From assembly GCF_902459465.1 (NCBI RefSeq), contig NC_047081.1, forward strand, positions 11,284,001 to 11,348,000: DNA of 64,000 nt. The letters run 5' to 3'. The notes under the pieces are model-generated. The model ran no database searches. It was given only the letters and a program-made list of their open reading frames with translations, and had not been told where the DNA came from. The position numbers were made by a program, and so were the translations under genes. The stretch comes from Asterias rubens (Eukaryota). Below are positions 49,436 to 60,660 of the stretch, piece after piece; the stretch's first letter is position 1, and every line of letters starts with the position of its first letter.

Positions 49436-52400
49436 CAAAACGCTGTAACAAAAGAGGTCATTGATGGTATTTTTTATTGTGTCTCTTTTGATTCAGTGGA
49501 TGCGTAGTCAGGGGTCAGTCGAAATTCCTTCATTGTTCCACGCATCAGCCAATGTTAATCTGCGGGCAGTGCGTAAGGATAATGGAGTGTTTGGTTGAAA
49601 GATCGATACTTTGCAAAAAAAAATTTTCTGGAAACAAAAAAATGCTGATAGGGTTTGAGATGGGTGGGGTTACCCGCATTTATTACACCATCCCTTGATG
49701 ATGCACATTGGAAGTTTGGCGTTGTACAGCAATAGTAGGGAACTATACATACCCATGCTGTTACAGAGCCTAACACTTGAATATGTTTTTTAATAACTAA
49801 ATAATTAAAGAAAAATACATAGTAAGTTGTATAAGATTTCACGCCTATTATTAAACCCATTGAACATTTTTTGTCAGAAGGGATAAGTTTCGCCTGTTTG
49901 TTTCCATGCCATTCAAGTGTATATCAAGTAAAATATTAGATGTTAGATCAAAGTGAATCGAAATTGTGAAACTAAAGCATAAACCATCTCATAAAGCTCA
50001 TCTTGGAATGTGCCATGCCAGAGGGTCTTTTTCCTATGGCCGCTCCAATCATTGCTCAAATCAAAGGACTTTTAGAAAGTACTAGATCGTTCAGCAATAA
50101 TTACGTAAAAGTTTACAACATAATCTGGAGTAACTGCACCATTATTAACTCAAAAATATAGAATCATTACAGTTTTTTTTTTTTACAATGTCGTCATTTT
50201 GGGCCTCACGTGTGATTCAAAAAAGCAACTTGTTGAAGAATTAAACGGTTATGGTTATTAGCGGACTTGAACAAGATGCCAATGGGCATTGTCGTTTAAA
50301 AATTCATGTTCTGCTATGCGGCCAATGTGAGCTTGGGTATTATTATTGGACGTTTTGAGTGTGTTCACTTGTAATGATTTCATTTGATTTTACAATAATA
50401 GGCTACACATGCTTTGTCTCCACTCAGCATATGGCGCTTTATTTCATTTTGTACAACGGGGATCAGACCCCCCAAAAATAATGCCAGGCAGGATGTGCCA
50501 GATAAACAAAATAGCGCCCTCTCCCATTCACGTCTTTGAAACTAGTTATTCAGTCATGTTTTTGCCTTATGAAAATGGGTGGGGGTGGGGCCTCATAAAT
50601 GTGCACGTTTGTTATTTTCTCGCAGAAGACGAGCACCATTTCGCAGACCAATTATTAAACTTCAAAGAGGATGCTGAAGATCAAGAATTAGCAAATGAGC
50701 CAAGTGCAGACCATCCAACTAAGGAACAAGTTACGCCATGTCATGTAGACAGACGATGGTTTCAATTAGCCGAACATCAAAGCTCTCTGAGCACAGAACT
50801 TAACATTATAAATCCCTCCCGGATGGTGAAAACAGTTGGCATTCTTTGTCACAAAGAATCGCCCTAGCCCTCGTCATTCTCATTATCCAATCCAGTGCAA
50901 CCATGGAGGTAGAAATAGCCAAACCAAGATTGCAAGGTAAAATCAGTGTGGCCTTCATTGGCGTGAAAACTTTCTGTGTTCATTATAGCTATTACACACA
51001 CAGTGAACACAACAAAAGCCCCCCCCCCCCCTTTTTTTTTTTATAAAGCACACAAATGTGCTAAGCATGGTAAAATCTTGCTTAGCTGAAACAAGTTACC
51101 AGCCCAAAAGGCAAATTACATTGTTCCCGTCACCCGTATCTATAAGAAGTATTTTCAGCAGCTTTATGAAATTGGGTTAGGGAAGGTTGCAGCATCATTA
51201 AAGTATAAAATGATAATTACCGAGACAAAGAACTGAACACAAGTTATTTTTTTATATGAAAAATGTATTTTATTCATCACAATATAAACATCTGAATCTC
51301 TTTATTTAAATAGAATAATGGTTTGCATTAATAGTAATCAATGGGATCACACAATAGATAGAAAAAAAAAATGTTGTAATAGGGGAATGGTTACCCCATT
51401 AATTGACTGCCTTTATATTATTGTTGGTATAGGATACCTGCTGAAAATGCTCACATGAATTTAACACAGTGAATGTTTTCAACAAAGCATCTGGTGATAG
51501 ATGAACACAAGTCTTTGGCAGTAAAGTATAATTACTTTTAAATTACTACAGTGGAGTTAATTGTACAATGAAAGGGGGGAGAGGTGCCAGCACCTCTTTG
51601 ATAGCACAAGGTTTTTGATTTGAATTGAAATAATGTAGCTTTTTAATTTGTTGTAAAATGTTAACATGGATGGTGGGGTTAAATCACCCATTTCGCTTAC
51701 TTTCAAAATTCTGTATTTGGTTCATTATAGGATTTCATTAGTAAACACAAGACTCCCTTTTGGTTTAAAATAGTGTATATCAATTTATACTAACAGATAA
51801 GGTCTTGAAGTTTGCACTTCTTGAACTAACATTATTACTTTGGTATTTTGGCAACTTTGTTTGGGCAGGAAAAACAACACAACATTGTTTCAGAAAATAA
51901 TGACAAACCATTTCATAACCAGTTTACAACTGGCTTTAGATATTTCATAACAGTCCTAGCCAGTTACGTCATCACATCACATGACGTGGATAAGGGAGTG
52001 TGTTTGTTGGTCATCCACAAAATGGGACTTTATTTATTTCTAGAAAATGATCAAGTATTTAATATTGATTGCACAGAATGAATCATGTTTAAGCAATTGC
52101 AGAGCCAAATGTCTTAGAGCTGCCAAGCAGGAAGTATTGCTCAACAACTTTCTGCCAACAAAAGAGGATACCAATCACAAAATGGTACATGTGACATGCT
52201 ATTGTGGTTGGTAACCTTATTCTGGTAAGCATACCTGTTCTGTGCTTAGCTACTACTTGTGCTTCAAAGCAGCTCTTTGAGTTTGTGCCCTGGTTTAGTA
52301 AGATGTGTACAGGAAGAACTGATAATTTGACCAGCAAATCGTCAACTCTTTTACAATAAGACACCAGTCCTGGAATTGCATTTAAGAGTGCCACAACTTT

Positions 52401-54162
52401 CGTGGAGAAACAAAGGTTTCTTTTGGATTATTGTGGCGATCATTAGGAAATCTTGCCGGGAATGCAAGTGGCCTCTGCAAAAACTTCCAGACCTGTTAAG
52501 CTATGCTAACAGATTTGTCTTTTTCATAAACTACAGTAGCTACGAAACAAATGCAGCAGTATTCTTGGCCTTCTTAAGAGGGTGTCCATAATCTTCAATA
52601 TTGTCGCAGTTGTACAGAGTGTACTAACACGATTATCATGAACGATGGTGATGTTTTTAACATCTTTGAAAAGCTTTCTCTGTACTACCACGACAATACA
52701 TTAATAATGAACAGCCCTTTACATCAGAAAGTTAGTGAATACAATGTTGACTTCATTAACAGCTAAGTAAATGGCAGCAATGTTTGAATCTTCGCAGTTT
52801 TTATGAATATCAAAATAATTTTCAATGAAAACTTGTTTTTTTTTAAACGACAAAAGAAACAAACAGACAAACTTTAACAAATCTTTAACAAGAAAACAAA
52901 ACAATGACAAACCATACAAAAAACTGACCTTTTGAAAAGCAGTTCCACAAAGAGAAATTAACTCGTAAAAATTTTACTTGAAAGAAAATGACCTATTTGA
53001 CAAAATGATCTATACATAAAAGATCTCAACTTAAACTGAAGTGAACACTAATTTCAGGTCTATAAGACTTTAACAATTAGTTCCTCATTCCTCAAGTGAA
53101 TTATGATATGAGATGAAATGTCACTAATTGTTTAGTCTAAGACCGACTGACCAAAATGATGCTATGAACACAAACATATTATTTAAAGGCTTGCATATAA
53201 TGGTATCTTGCCAATAATTGTTTGTTGAAATACATGCAATGTGAAGCATACAAAAATGAAAAAGTGTGAAAACTTGGCGTCAATGTATGTAGTAAGTTTG
53301 TTTAAAAACGAAAATACTACAGAAGAAAAAAAAAACCTCAGTGGGATGGTGAATTTCAGCTTTCCACCAGTTTTATATTTTTGACTTATCATTTTTTTTT
53401 TTTTTTTGCTTTACTCCCCGTGGAGATGCACAGCAGTGAACTAATATTTCAAAATAAATTCTTTTTCTTGAGCAAAATTCAGTGTAGGGTGGGGCACAGT
53501 CGAAGCGGTTTGCCTCACACTGCTATCTTACTGGTGTTTGGGACTCATCAAGTGGAGTTTTCAATAATTTACTTAGCATTTGTGTGTTTTTATTATGGAT
53601 GTGTTCCGGGTTCAAACCCTGTGAAAGAATTTACCAAAATCGGGGACATTCAGAAATATTGCAATATAACAATCATCCTCTTCTGAAGGAGAACTGATTA
53701 AAAAAAAGAAGCACCAAACACGTGACCGATGACAATATTGGCTTAAGAACAAGAAAACAAATAAACAGTTCCCTCACCGTATGTCAAAATACAAAAAAAC
53801 GTAGAAAACATTTCATTAATCCCTTGCAGGCTTCTTAAAAAACCTGGAGGGAAGAAACTGGCATATAACTTTTATCATAGAAGATTTCAGTCTAATTAAA
53901 CTGCACATGAGTTGGTATCAGATGATAATATAACACAAACAATTTCAACCAGCCAGAGTCCAAAGTTGGCTTCACTTTCCGAATGGTGTTTGTTCACAGG
54001 TTGACCTTTTACAACACTCGCCCGACAAAAGCTCCACTTTGTTGTTTTTTGTTTTGGATCATGCTTAGGAGAAACTGTAGGCTTAAACGATTACTTACAC
54101 ACAAATTCATTTGGTTGAGAGCTATTTAGTTTCGATAAGGGCTGTCAAAAGCTTGCCATAAG

Positions 54163-54854
54163 CTACAATCCTTCTCGTACATAGATGTGCGACTCCCTCC
54201 GGTACAGTTTTCTCTTTATGAGTTTATAAGAGGACTTTACGACAGTGGGCTTCTCCGATGAGTTTCTGAGATAAGTTTGAAGTTTACTGATAAGCCACCT
54301 CGGGGTTTCTTTAGAGAGCACCAGTACAATCTCAAACGTTGTGACGGTGGATGGATCCACGGTGATCTTCCCGACACGTTCGCAAAGCTCTCCATCCTCG
54401 AAGATGACGGAGATGGTGCATCCGCGTACCCCGCAAGGTTCGTCTAGTGACATACGCATGATGTCATCGGCGACTCTCTGGGGTAGATCTTCGGGGACGA
54501 GGAGCTTGCTTGGCTGCTTTTTCTCCCGGGCAACTCGGAGACAATCCAGGAGCATGGATGCAACAAACTGACTCATCTTCACCTCTTGCAAGTCATCTAC
54601 TCCATTGTCGTAGTCATCGTCCATTGTGTCTGAATCTGTATGGGATTAAAACAAAGGCAGAAACACATGTTAAGTATTGTGCAATTGAATATACAACAAT
54701 AAAAGGTTGAAGCAGAAACAATTTGCAACTCCACCCTAAAAGAAAATTACGAGGGAAAAATCAAACCCAAAGCAAAAATTGACTCACCATCCAGTTCACT
54801 TTGAAAAACACTGTCGGAGTTATAATAAAAGACCATTGTGAAACCACCATTCAT
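54163..54854 (-). CDS. DDIT4: DDIT4/REDD family (RTP801_C domain; scylla/charybde-like) mTORC1 inhibitor: main exon plus proximal 5' exon
   Basis: Main exon 54163-54635: LLVPEDLPQRVADDIMRMSLDEPCGVRGC..VDPSTVTTFEIVLVL..YKLIKRKLY (EPCGxRG and KxKLY family motifs). Proximal exon 54788-54854 (MNGGFTMVFYYNSDSVFQSELD) ends in phase 1 at gtgagt and joins in frame. DDIT4 vs DDIT4L not resolvable. Confidence 0.9.
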
Positions 54855-56628
54855 AAATTTCACTCCAGAAAAAACAGCCTCACTATAAAGTGTCAAGGAC
54901 CTGAATGGCTCAAGTCAACTTTCAGAGCTAGTGGTGCTACACACACTCCAGTGATCAGCTGAATAGTATTATGATGTAATTGATTGATCACTCATCAGTC
55001 ATGTGATTGCACAGGGACAGGTCATGTGAGAGGTTGCATGTGGTGTGTACCTTTTATGGTATGAGTAAGAGTAGTCACACACAAGCGCGTTATCACAAAG
55101 CCAGTGGCTTAGCCAAGCAGGATCTTCCATGCTGGCTGTTGAGAGGAAGAACTGTTATTGCACAAATTTGCAAACTAACATCGAAAATTGCAGGAAGCTA
55201 GTTGTATCCTGTACTGAAGTTAGTGGTTAAAGTTTTGTTCATTGCGCAAACTGAAAGCTTAATTGCACATGTACAAACTCTCAAGTGATTATACCATGCA
55301 GTGCAGGTATCCTAGTTACTTTTTTTAAAAACATGCCACAGGTAACTATCAGAATTGGTTTTAATCTTGAGCCAAATTCAACTCCTATCTAGTTTTTAAT
55401 GCAGCACATATTTGTTAAACATGATAGTTTGCAACTTTGCATGCAAGCCTTAAAAAAAATATTTGAATAAAACAAAAGGTCAGTACTTCAAGTTTGAAAT
55501 TTAACACAATAATAGGCTTTGGATTGGAAACGGACTATACTGACAATAGATTGTATATAGTACGATCGTATAGTACCAGTACAACCATCACATAGGAATA
55601 CCAAACACAAAATGTGTTATGAAGTATGTATTGAGTTTTGTATTGATGTAATAAACAAATAACAAACCGAGAGTTGAAGTTTAAAGGATTATGCAGGTAT
55701 GAAAAGGCGGCGTGTAAAAATGATTGACGTTTATTATAAACACAGATGGATTTAACTGAATTTAAAATGTAGATCTTTGTTCATAGATATTCATACCAAT
55801 TATGACTTTCTTTCTTCAATACTAGTTTGTAAAATGTTCTTCAAAGTGTTTAAAAGTTGTTTGCACCCTCTCTGTTTGATCACCCTTTCGGTCAATTTAG
55901 AACCAACCCAAGCCCCAGGTCATTTTTTTTGACCTCACCAAATTTCCAAGGGGTCAATTTCCACCATAAACTTAGCTGACCAATCAGCACTCAGTAGTGG
56001 AGTGCAAACAACTCCGAGGAGGTCATTATGACCCGGCTTCAGTTTCTTCCAAAATTCTTGCCTTGGGATTGGGGGGGGGGTGATGGTCAAGCAAATTGCA
56101 GACAAGTCTTGCAAATATTTACTTTTTTGATGTTGGATGCTTCAATGAAATCTCTTCGCTTGGTCACCCTGAAAAACTACTTCTCTGGAAATAGTTAACC
56201 TTTAATAACTTGTCTCATGGGATTTTCTCGAGTAAATCCATACATAACAATTGACTCTGACAAACCCGAGGCCATTTGTTTTTTGTGTTGGGACAGTACA
56301 AACAGTCAAATGCATGTTGTCAGGAATCAGGACTTTTTTGTTTTCAAAATTCTGGTCCAATGAACTTTTTTTAGCACCAAGCACTGTTGTCTTGTGGGGT
56401 TTTCTCCCTAATTTGAGCGTATTCTTATTTTTAACGGTTCATTACAAATACAATGCAACAGTCAACCATCAAGCAGTTGACTGTACATTCAAATGTGTCT
56501 AAAGGGTAAACTCTCCATGAAATTTTGAACAATAGAAACGAAAATAGATACTTTGACCTTGTCAAGTAAGTAAATTTTGAAGCCCCATTTTCCTGGGGCA
56601 CTGTGAGTGGATTAAATCAAACTCAGAA

Positions 56629-56778
56629 CAATAGGAGACTTTCCAACGCTAGGTGGCAGCAGACATACCGGGTAAATTTCCATTGTTTACGTAGTTCTGA
56701 ACATGCGCATAATTCTGAGAACAATGGATTTACCCGGTAAGTCTGCTGCCCTCTATCGTCCCAGAAAGTCTCCCATTG
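56629..56778. mobile_element. ~150-bp foldback MITE with subterminal CTCF-like motifs
   Basis: TIR caataggagactttc / gaaagtctcccattg; reverse complement of 29260-29407. Confidence 0.85.
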
Positions 56779-57597
56779 AATCACACTCTTCAGAGTAGAA
56801 TGTCTGGACAGGTGTTTCCTGTAGTTCGGCACAGCAGTTAACACATATCCTCTCTCATCCAGGACCACTAAAATAACACTGAAAGCTCAAAACTACAGAA
56901 CAAGCTTTCGATTGGAATTCGGTTTCAATATGTCTTTACCACTTTTGCAGAAAGTGCAAAATGCAAACAGATACTAAGAAGGTAGTGGGGTTGAATTACT
57001 TTACATGTATAGAATGATTTTTGAGGAGTAAGGGAAGTTCTGAACAATTCACTAACAAAATGTTGTGCCACGATACAAAAAGCAAGCTGCAACGGAAAGC
57101 GAAAGTGGGGAGATAACTGAACAAAACTGTTAATTATGGTAATATGCATATTATGTAGATGAGGAGCATTCCACTTTAACCAGCATAAATCTATGTCTCT
57201 TTTAACACACTAAACATGTGCTGCACAGCATCCAGGCAAGCGATAATTTGATCAATATTAACAAGGGTCAAACAGCTGCTGCTGCACACTCTTAACCACA
57301 GAGTCTTCTGGAATGAAGGGGCATTACTGCCTGCAAGCCAATCAGCAGTGCCTGGCAACAGCATCTGCATTTGTCTGCCTATCGCAGCAAGGCGCTGGGA
57401 GCATCATTATCATTTTTCCCCCTCATCCACAAATCCCAGGGATGGCATCCGAAGTTACTTAGGTCTGTACAGAGGAAACGGGGATCTTGCACTTTTGTCA
57501 AAGGGGTAGAGTAGAGTGTTTTGTCTTTTATAAATTAAACTTTTTTTGCAGGCTATGTCACTGGGGATGTGACAAACAGTATTTTAAGTATGGATTG

Positions 57598-58070
57598 CTT
57601 TCGAAGAAATGTGGTGGTTTTTAGTTGTTTTAGTCGAAGGCGGGTACTAATCCGCAAGTATTGTGGTGAAATGTTAAAAGCAAATGCCAATTATGAGCAT
57701 AGCCTAAGTTTGTCAGTGAGCGGATCTATTTGGATCAAAAAGGGATGGACTGAAAATTTTCAATGAATAAAATAAATAAAATATTTAACGATTGATCTTC
57801 CATTGACATTTCTTTTTGATTAAACCTATATACTTTCGAAGAAATGTGGTGTTTTTTTTAGTTGTTTTTGTCAAAGGCGGGTACTAATACGCAAATATTT
57901 TTTTGAAATGTTACAAGCAAATTTATGCAAAGTGGGTAGGCCAAGTTTGCCAGTGAGCGGATCTATTTGGATCAAAAAGGGATCGACAAAACATTTTTAA
58001 TGAATAAAATTAATTTAAAGTAACATTTTATTTATCTTCTATTGAGATATAGTTTTTTATTGAACCTATT
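57598..58070. repeat. Tandem duplication, two ~235-bp units
   Basis: ctttcgaagaaatgtggtg..aggcgggtactaat.cgcaa..cagtgagcggatctatttggatcaaaaagggat at 57598 and 57833. Confidence 0.9.
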
Positions 58071-58654
58071 TTTGAGTTGTTAAAAACATGTTGTCAGTTA
58101 AGCATTGCCAATTCAGAGTGCAAAAGTATACAAAAAAAGGTTTGTTCACAAGTGTTGGATACTAATACGGATTTTTGTGTCCTAGTAATAAATTTGAAAA
58201 AGGGTATTTTTTTAAGTGATATAATGCAGAATCAGATGTTTGGTTCAAACACTTCAGCAACTGTACTTTGACATCATACGATGTTCGGCCCACACTGATC
58301 TTGTTTGCTAAATGGGAAGATCGGGGGCCAGACAGGCTCTTGTCCAATAAGCGTTTCAGGATGGCAATTATCGTCTAAATCTTAACGAATGTGATAGCGT
58401 TTGGATATTGATCTCTGCCATAACAGGACAACGTTCCAGTTACAACGACCCTCAATTTACACAATGTTTGAGAGGTTTTAACAGATAAATTGTCCGATAA
58501 ATTTAATGATTTGAAGTCTGCCACATGACTCATTAACAGGTCTTTATTGACGCATACTTTTTCAGATTAAAATTATTATCTAACTAACAAATAGTGAGAC
58601 CATGTATGGCGATGCTTTACACATGGACTTGAAACTACAGTATCACAAGTCCAG

Positions 58655-58777
58655 GGGAACAAAGAGTTAGGACTAGTCCTAGGAGATATACAAATTGCAT
58701 GGATAGTCCTAGGTTAGGACCAGTAACTGGTCCTAACTCAAGATAAGACTAGTCCTAACTCTTTGTGAAATCCACCC
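58655..58777. mobile_element. PIF/Harbinger-like MITE, internally deleted, CAG TSD
   Basis: Right TIR ctctttgtgaaatccaccc; cag at 58652-58654 and 58778-58780; internal gttaggactagtcct inverted repeats; same family as 21337-21504. Confidence 0.7.
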
Positions 58778-59580
58778 CAGAACTTTTATTTAGTAATCGA
58801 CCAATAACCTCAAAACACCCCTAAAGCTATAGTTGGTTGGTTGTTTAAAAAAATTGTTTGCTCATTATTATTGATTCAGATTTAAAGTTGTCGGTATTGT
58901 GAAAACTGTTGTTAAAGGTCCAGTGAAAACTGTATGGTTCAAACTTTCAGGAAATTCACACCCTGGTCTGGGTACGGGACCCACTATATTTCTGGAAAAA
59001 TATCCCTCACTTTTTTGTGCAAATTTGTTTTTACCATTATTTCACTGTTACGAAGTGGCCACATGACACTGAAAAAAGAAATGTTTAACAAACTACAATA
59101 ATATTAACATAATCCTAATTTCCTTGTAAGCTGTACATGTATACTGCCGTGGTAAATTCTACAAATAATTGAGACTAAAATAAGTTTGACAAACGAAACC
59201 ATAAACAAGTTTGGTGAACTATATAAATGCGTGGTGGGTGAGAAGAAACGGAACCACGTAAAAAGAAGAACAGACGACATATCCGCTAAATTGAACACGA
59301 TATTACCTTTGTAATGAGTCTATTTTTAGCTACTTTACTTATGACTCTTCAAGCGTTTCTCAATCTCAGTTGAACAATAAATTTAGCTGAAAGGACAAGA
59401 ATTGCGAAATCCCCTGGCAGTCACAGCCGGACAATGGCGCTCGGATTGAGTCACGACTTGCCCACGTATTGGGCAATCCCCCGGCCGTGCGTTGACTGAC
59501 AAAGCCCATGTACACCGTGCATGCACAAAAATTAACCACAAACATACAAAAAGGCATGGAAAAGCTTATGAAAAACTCAC

Positions 59581-59770
59581 CTAAATAACCGTTTGAGCAC
59601 CTCCGAACTGTCTCTATGACTAGGTTAGGCTCTGGACACCTCTGGTTTTCTCGGCTGTCAATCCTCTCACCAACTTTAAGGAGAATTTTCTGCAAAATCT
59701 TGAAGGCACCTGGCTGATGACAGTTGTTGGAATTCAGTGGCAAATCCATAACGCCATCCAAAGAAGACAT
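59581..59770 (-). CDS. DDIT4: Distal first coding exon of the DDIT4-family gene
   Basis: ATG at 59770, 63 codons (MSSLDGVMDLPLNSNN..RCSNGYL) + 1 nt, donor ttag|gtgagt at 59579-59580. Phase 1 matches the main exon at 54635, giving 220 aa. TATA/CCAAT promoter lies ~250 bp upstream. Confidence 0.7.
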
Positions 59771-60009
59771 GGAATGTCGAGGAAAATGAATGATTTTTAA
59801 CGATTAAACGTTGACAAGCAAAATACACTCTCAACTGAATAGATGATACGAGTGTGTTGGATACCGAATTTCAAATATAACTCGAAAAAGTGGCTTCGGA
59901 AAGTACACGAAAATCAGTGATAATATGTTGTACAATCACTCCACCAACCCCTGGTTCGTCTTGCAACACACTTCAACCAGCTGATCGGCTGCACGAAATT
60001 TCAGCTGAA

Positions 60010-60290
60010 CAGGGGCTTTTTATACTCGCAAGGACGTCATCCAATCAATTATTCCTTATTTGGTGAAAAGGGTGGAGTTAGCTCCTTTTTACTTAGAATA
60101 GAATGCCCTGCATTAACCAATCACAGCAATGAATTCCTGTATCTGAGAGGCGGCTCATGAATAAAGGTCAAATGTTAATTTAGACCAATGGGAGCCAAGA
60201 ACTTTGTCCTTGCAAAATGCATGAAATGATGGTCTACGTGTCTGACGTCAAGTAAACCTTGTGTGTACGTTGTGATGGGAATAAACAATA
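60010..60290 (-). promoter_or_regulatory. Distal DDIT4-family promoter
   Basis: TATAAAAA 60017-60024 (minus), TGACGTC 60033-60039, CCAAT at 60041, 60117 and 60185, TACGTG 60235-60240, TGACGTCA 60243-60250, ATAAACAA 60281-60288. Confidence 0.65.
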
Positions 60291-60618
60291 ACTGGAAAAG
60301 AATGAGTCGGGGGATTGCTCGTTTTAGCTGGCTTGAATGTCATTGACACTTCGCGCTCTGCATGCACTGTGGGTTGCCCATTGTATTCATGAAAAATGAA
60401 ACTTCGGGAAAACATAAGCAGCAAGAACTATAATTGTAAATTTGCTATATTTCTTTTTTAAAGCATAGGCCTACATAAAATAAAATGCAAACAGGAAATC
60501 CAGGAGGATTTGCATTTCTACTTCCAAAGTAAAATGTAGTGTTAGATAAAGCATAGGATAAAGCATGGATGTAGCAGATTAATATTTTTTTGTTCGAAAG
60601 CATTACGAGGTTTCGAAA

Positions 60619-60660
60619 GCTTTGACACTACTTTGTCAAGCTTTGACACTACTTTGTCAA
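60619..60660. repeat. Perfect 21-bp tandem repeat x2
   Basis: gctttgacactactttgtcaa twice; each unit contains an inverted ttgaca..tgtcaa. Confidence 0.9.

Noticed and set aside
59366-59580. 3' half of the 134-aa ORF 59366-59770
   Set aside because: Lies beyond a consensus donor and reads as intron (low-complexity F/M/V-rich translation); only 59581-59770 is treated as exon.
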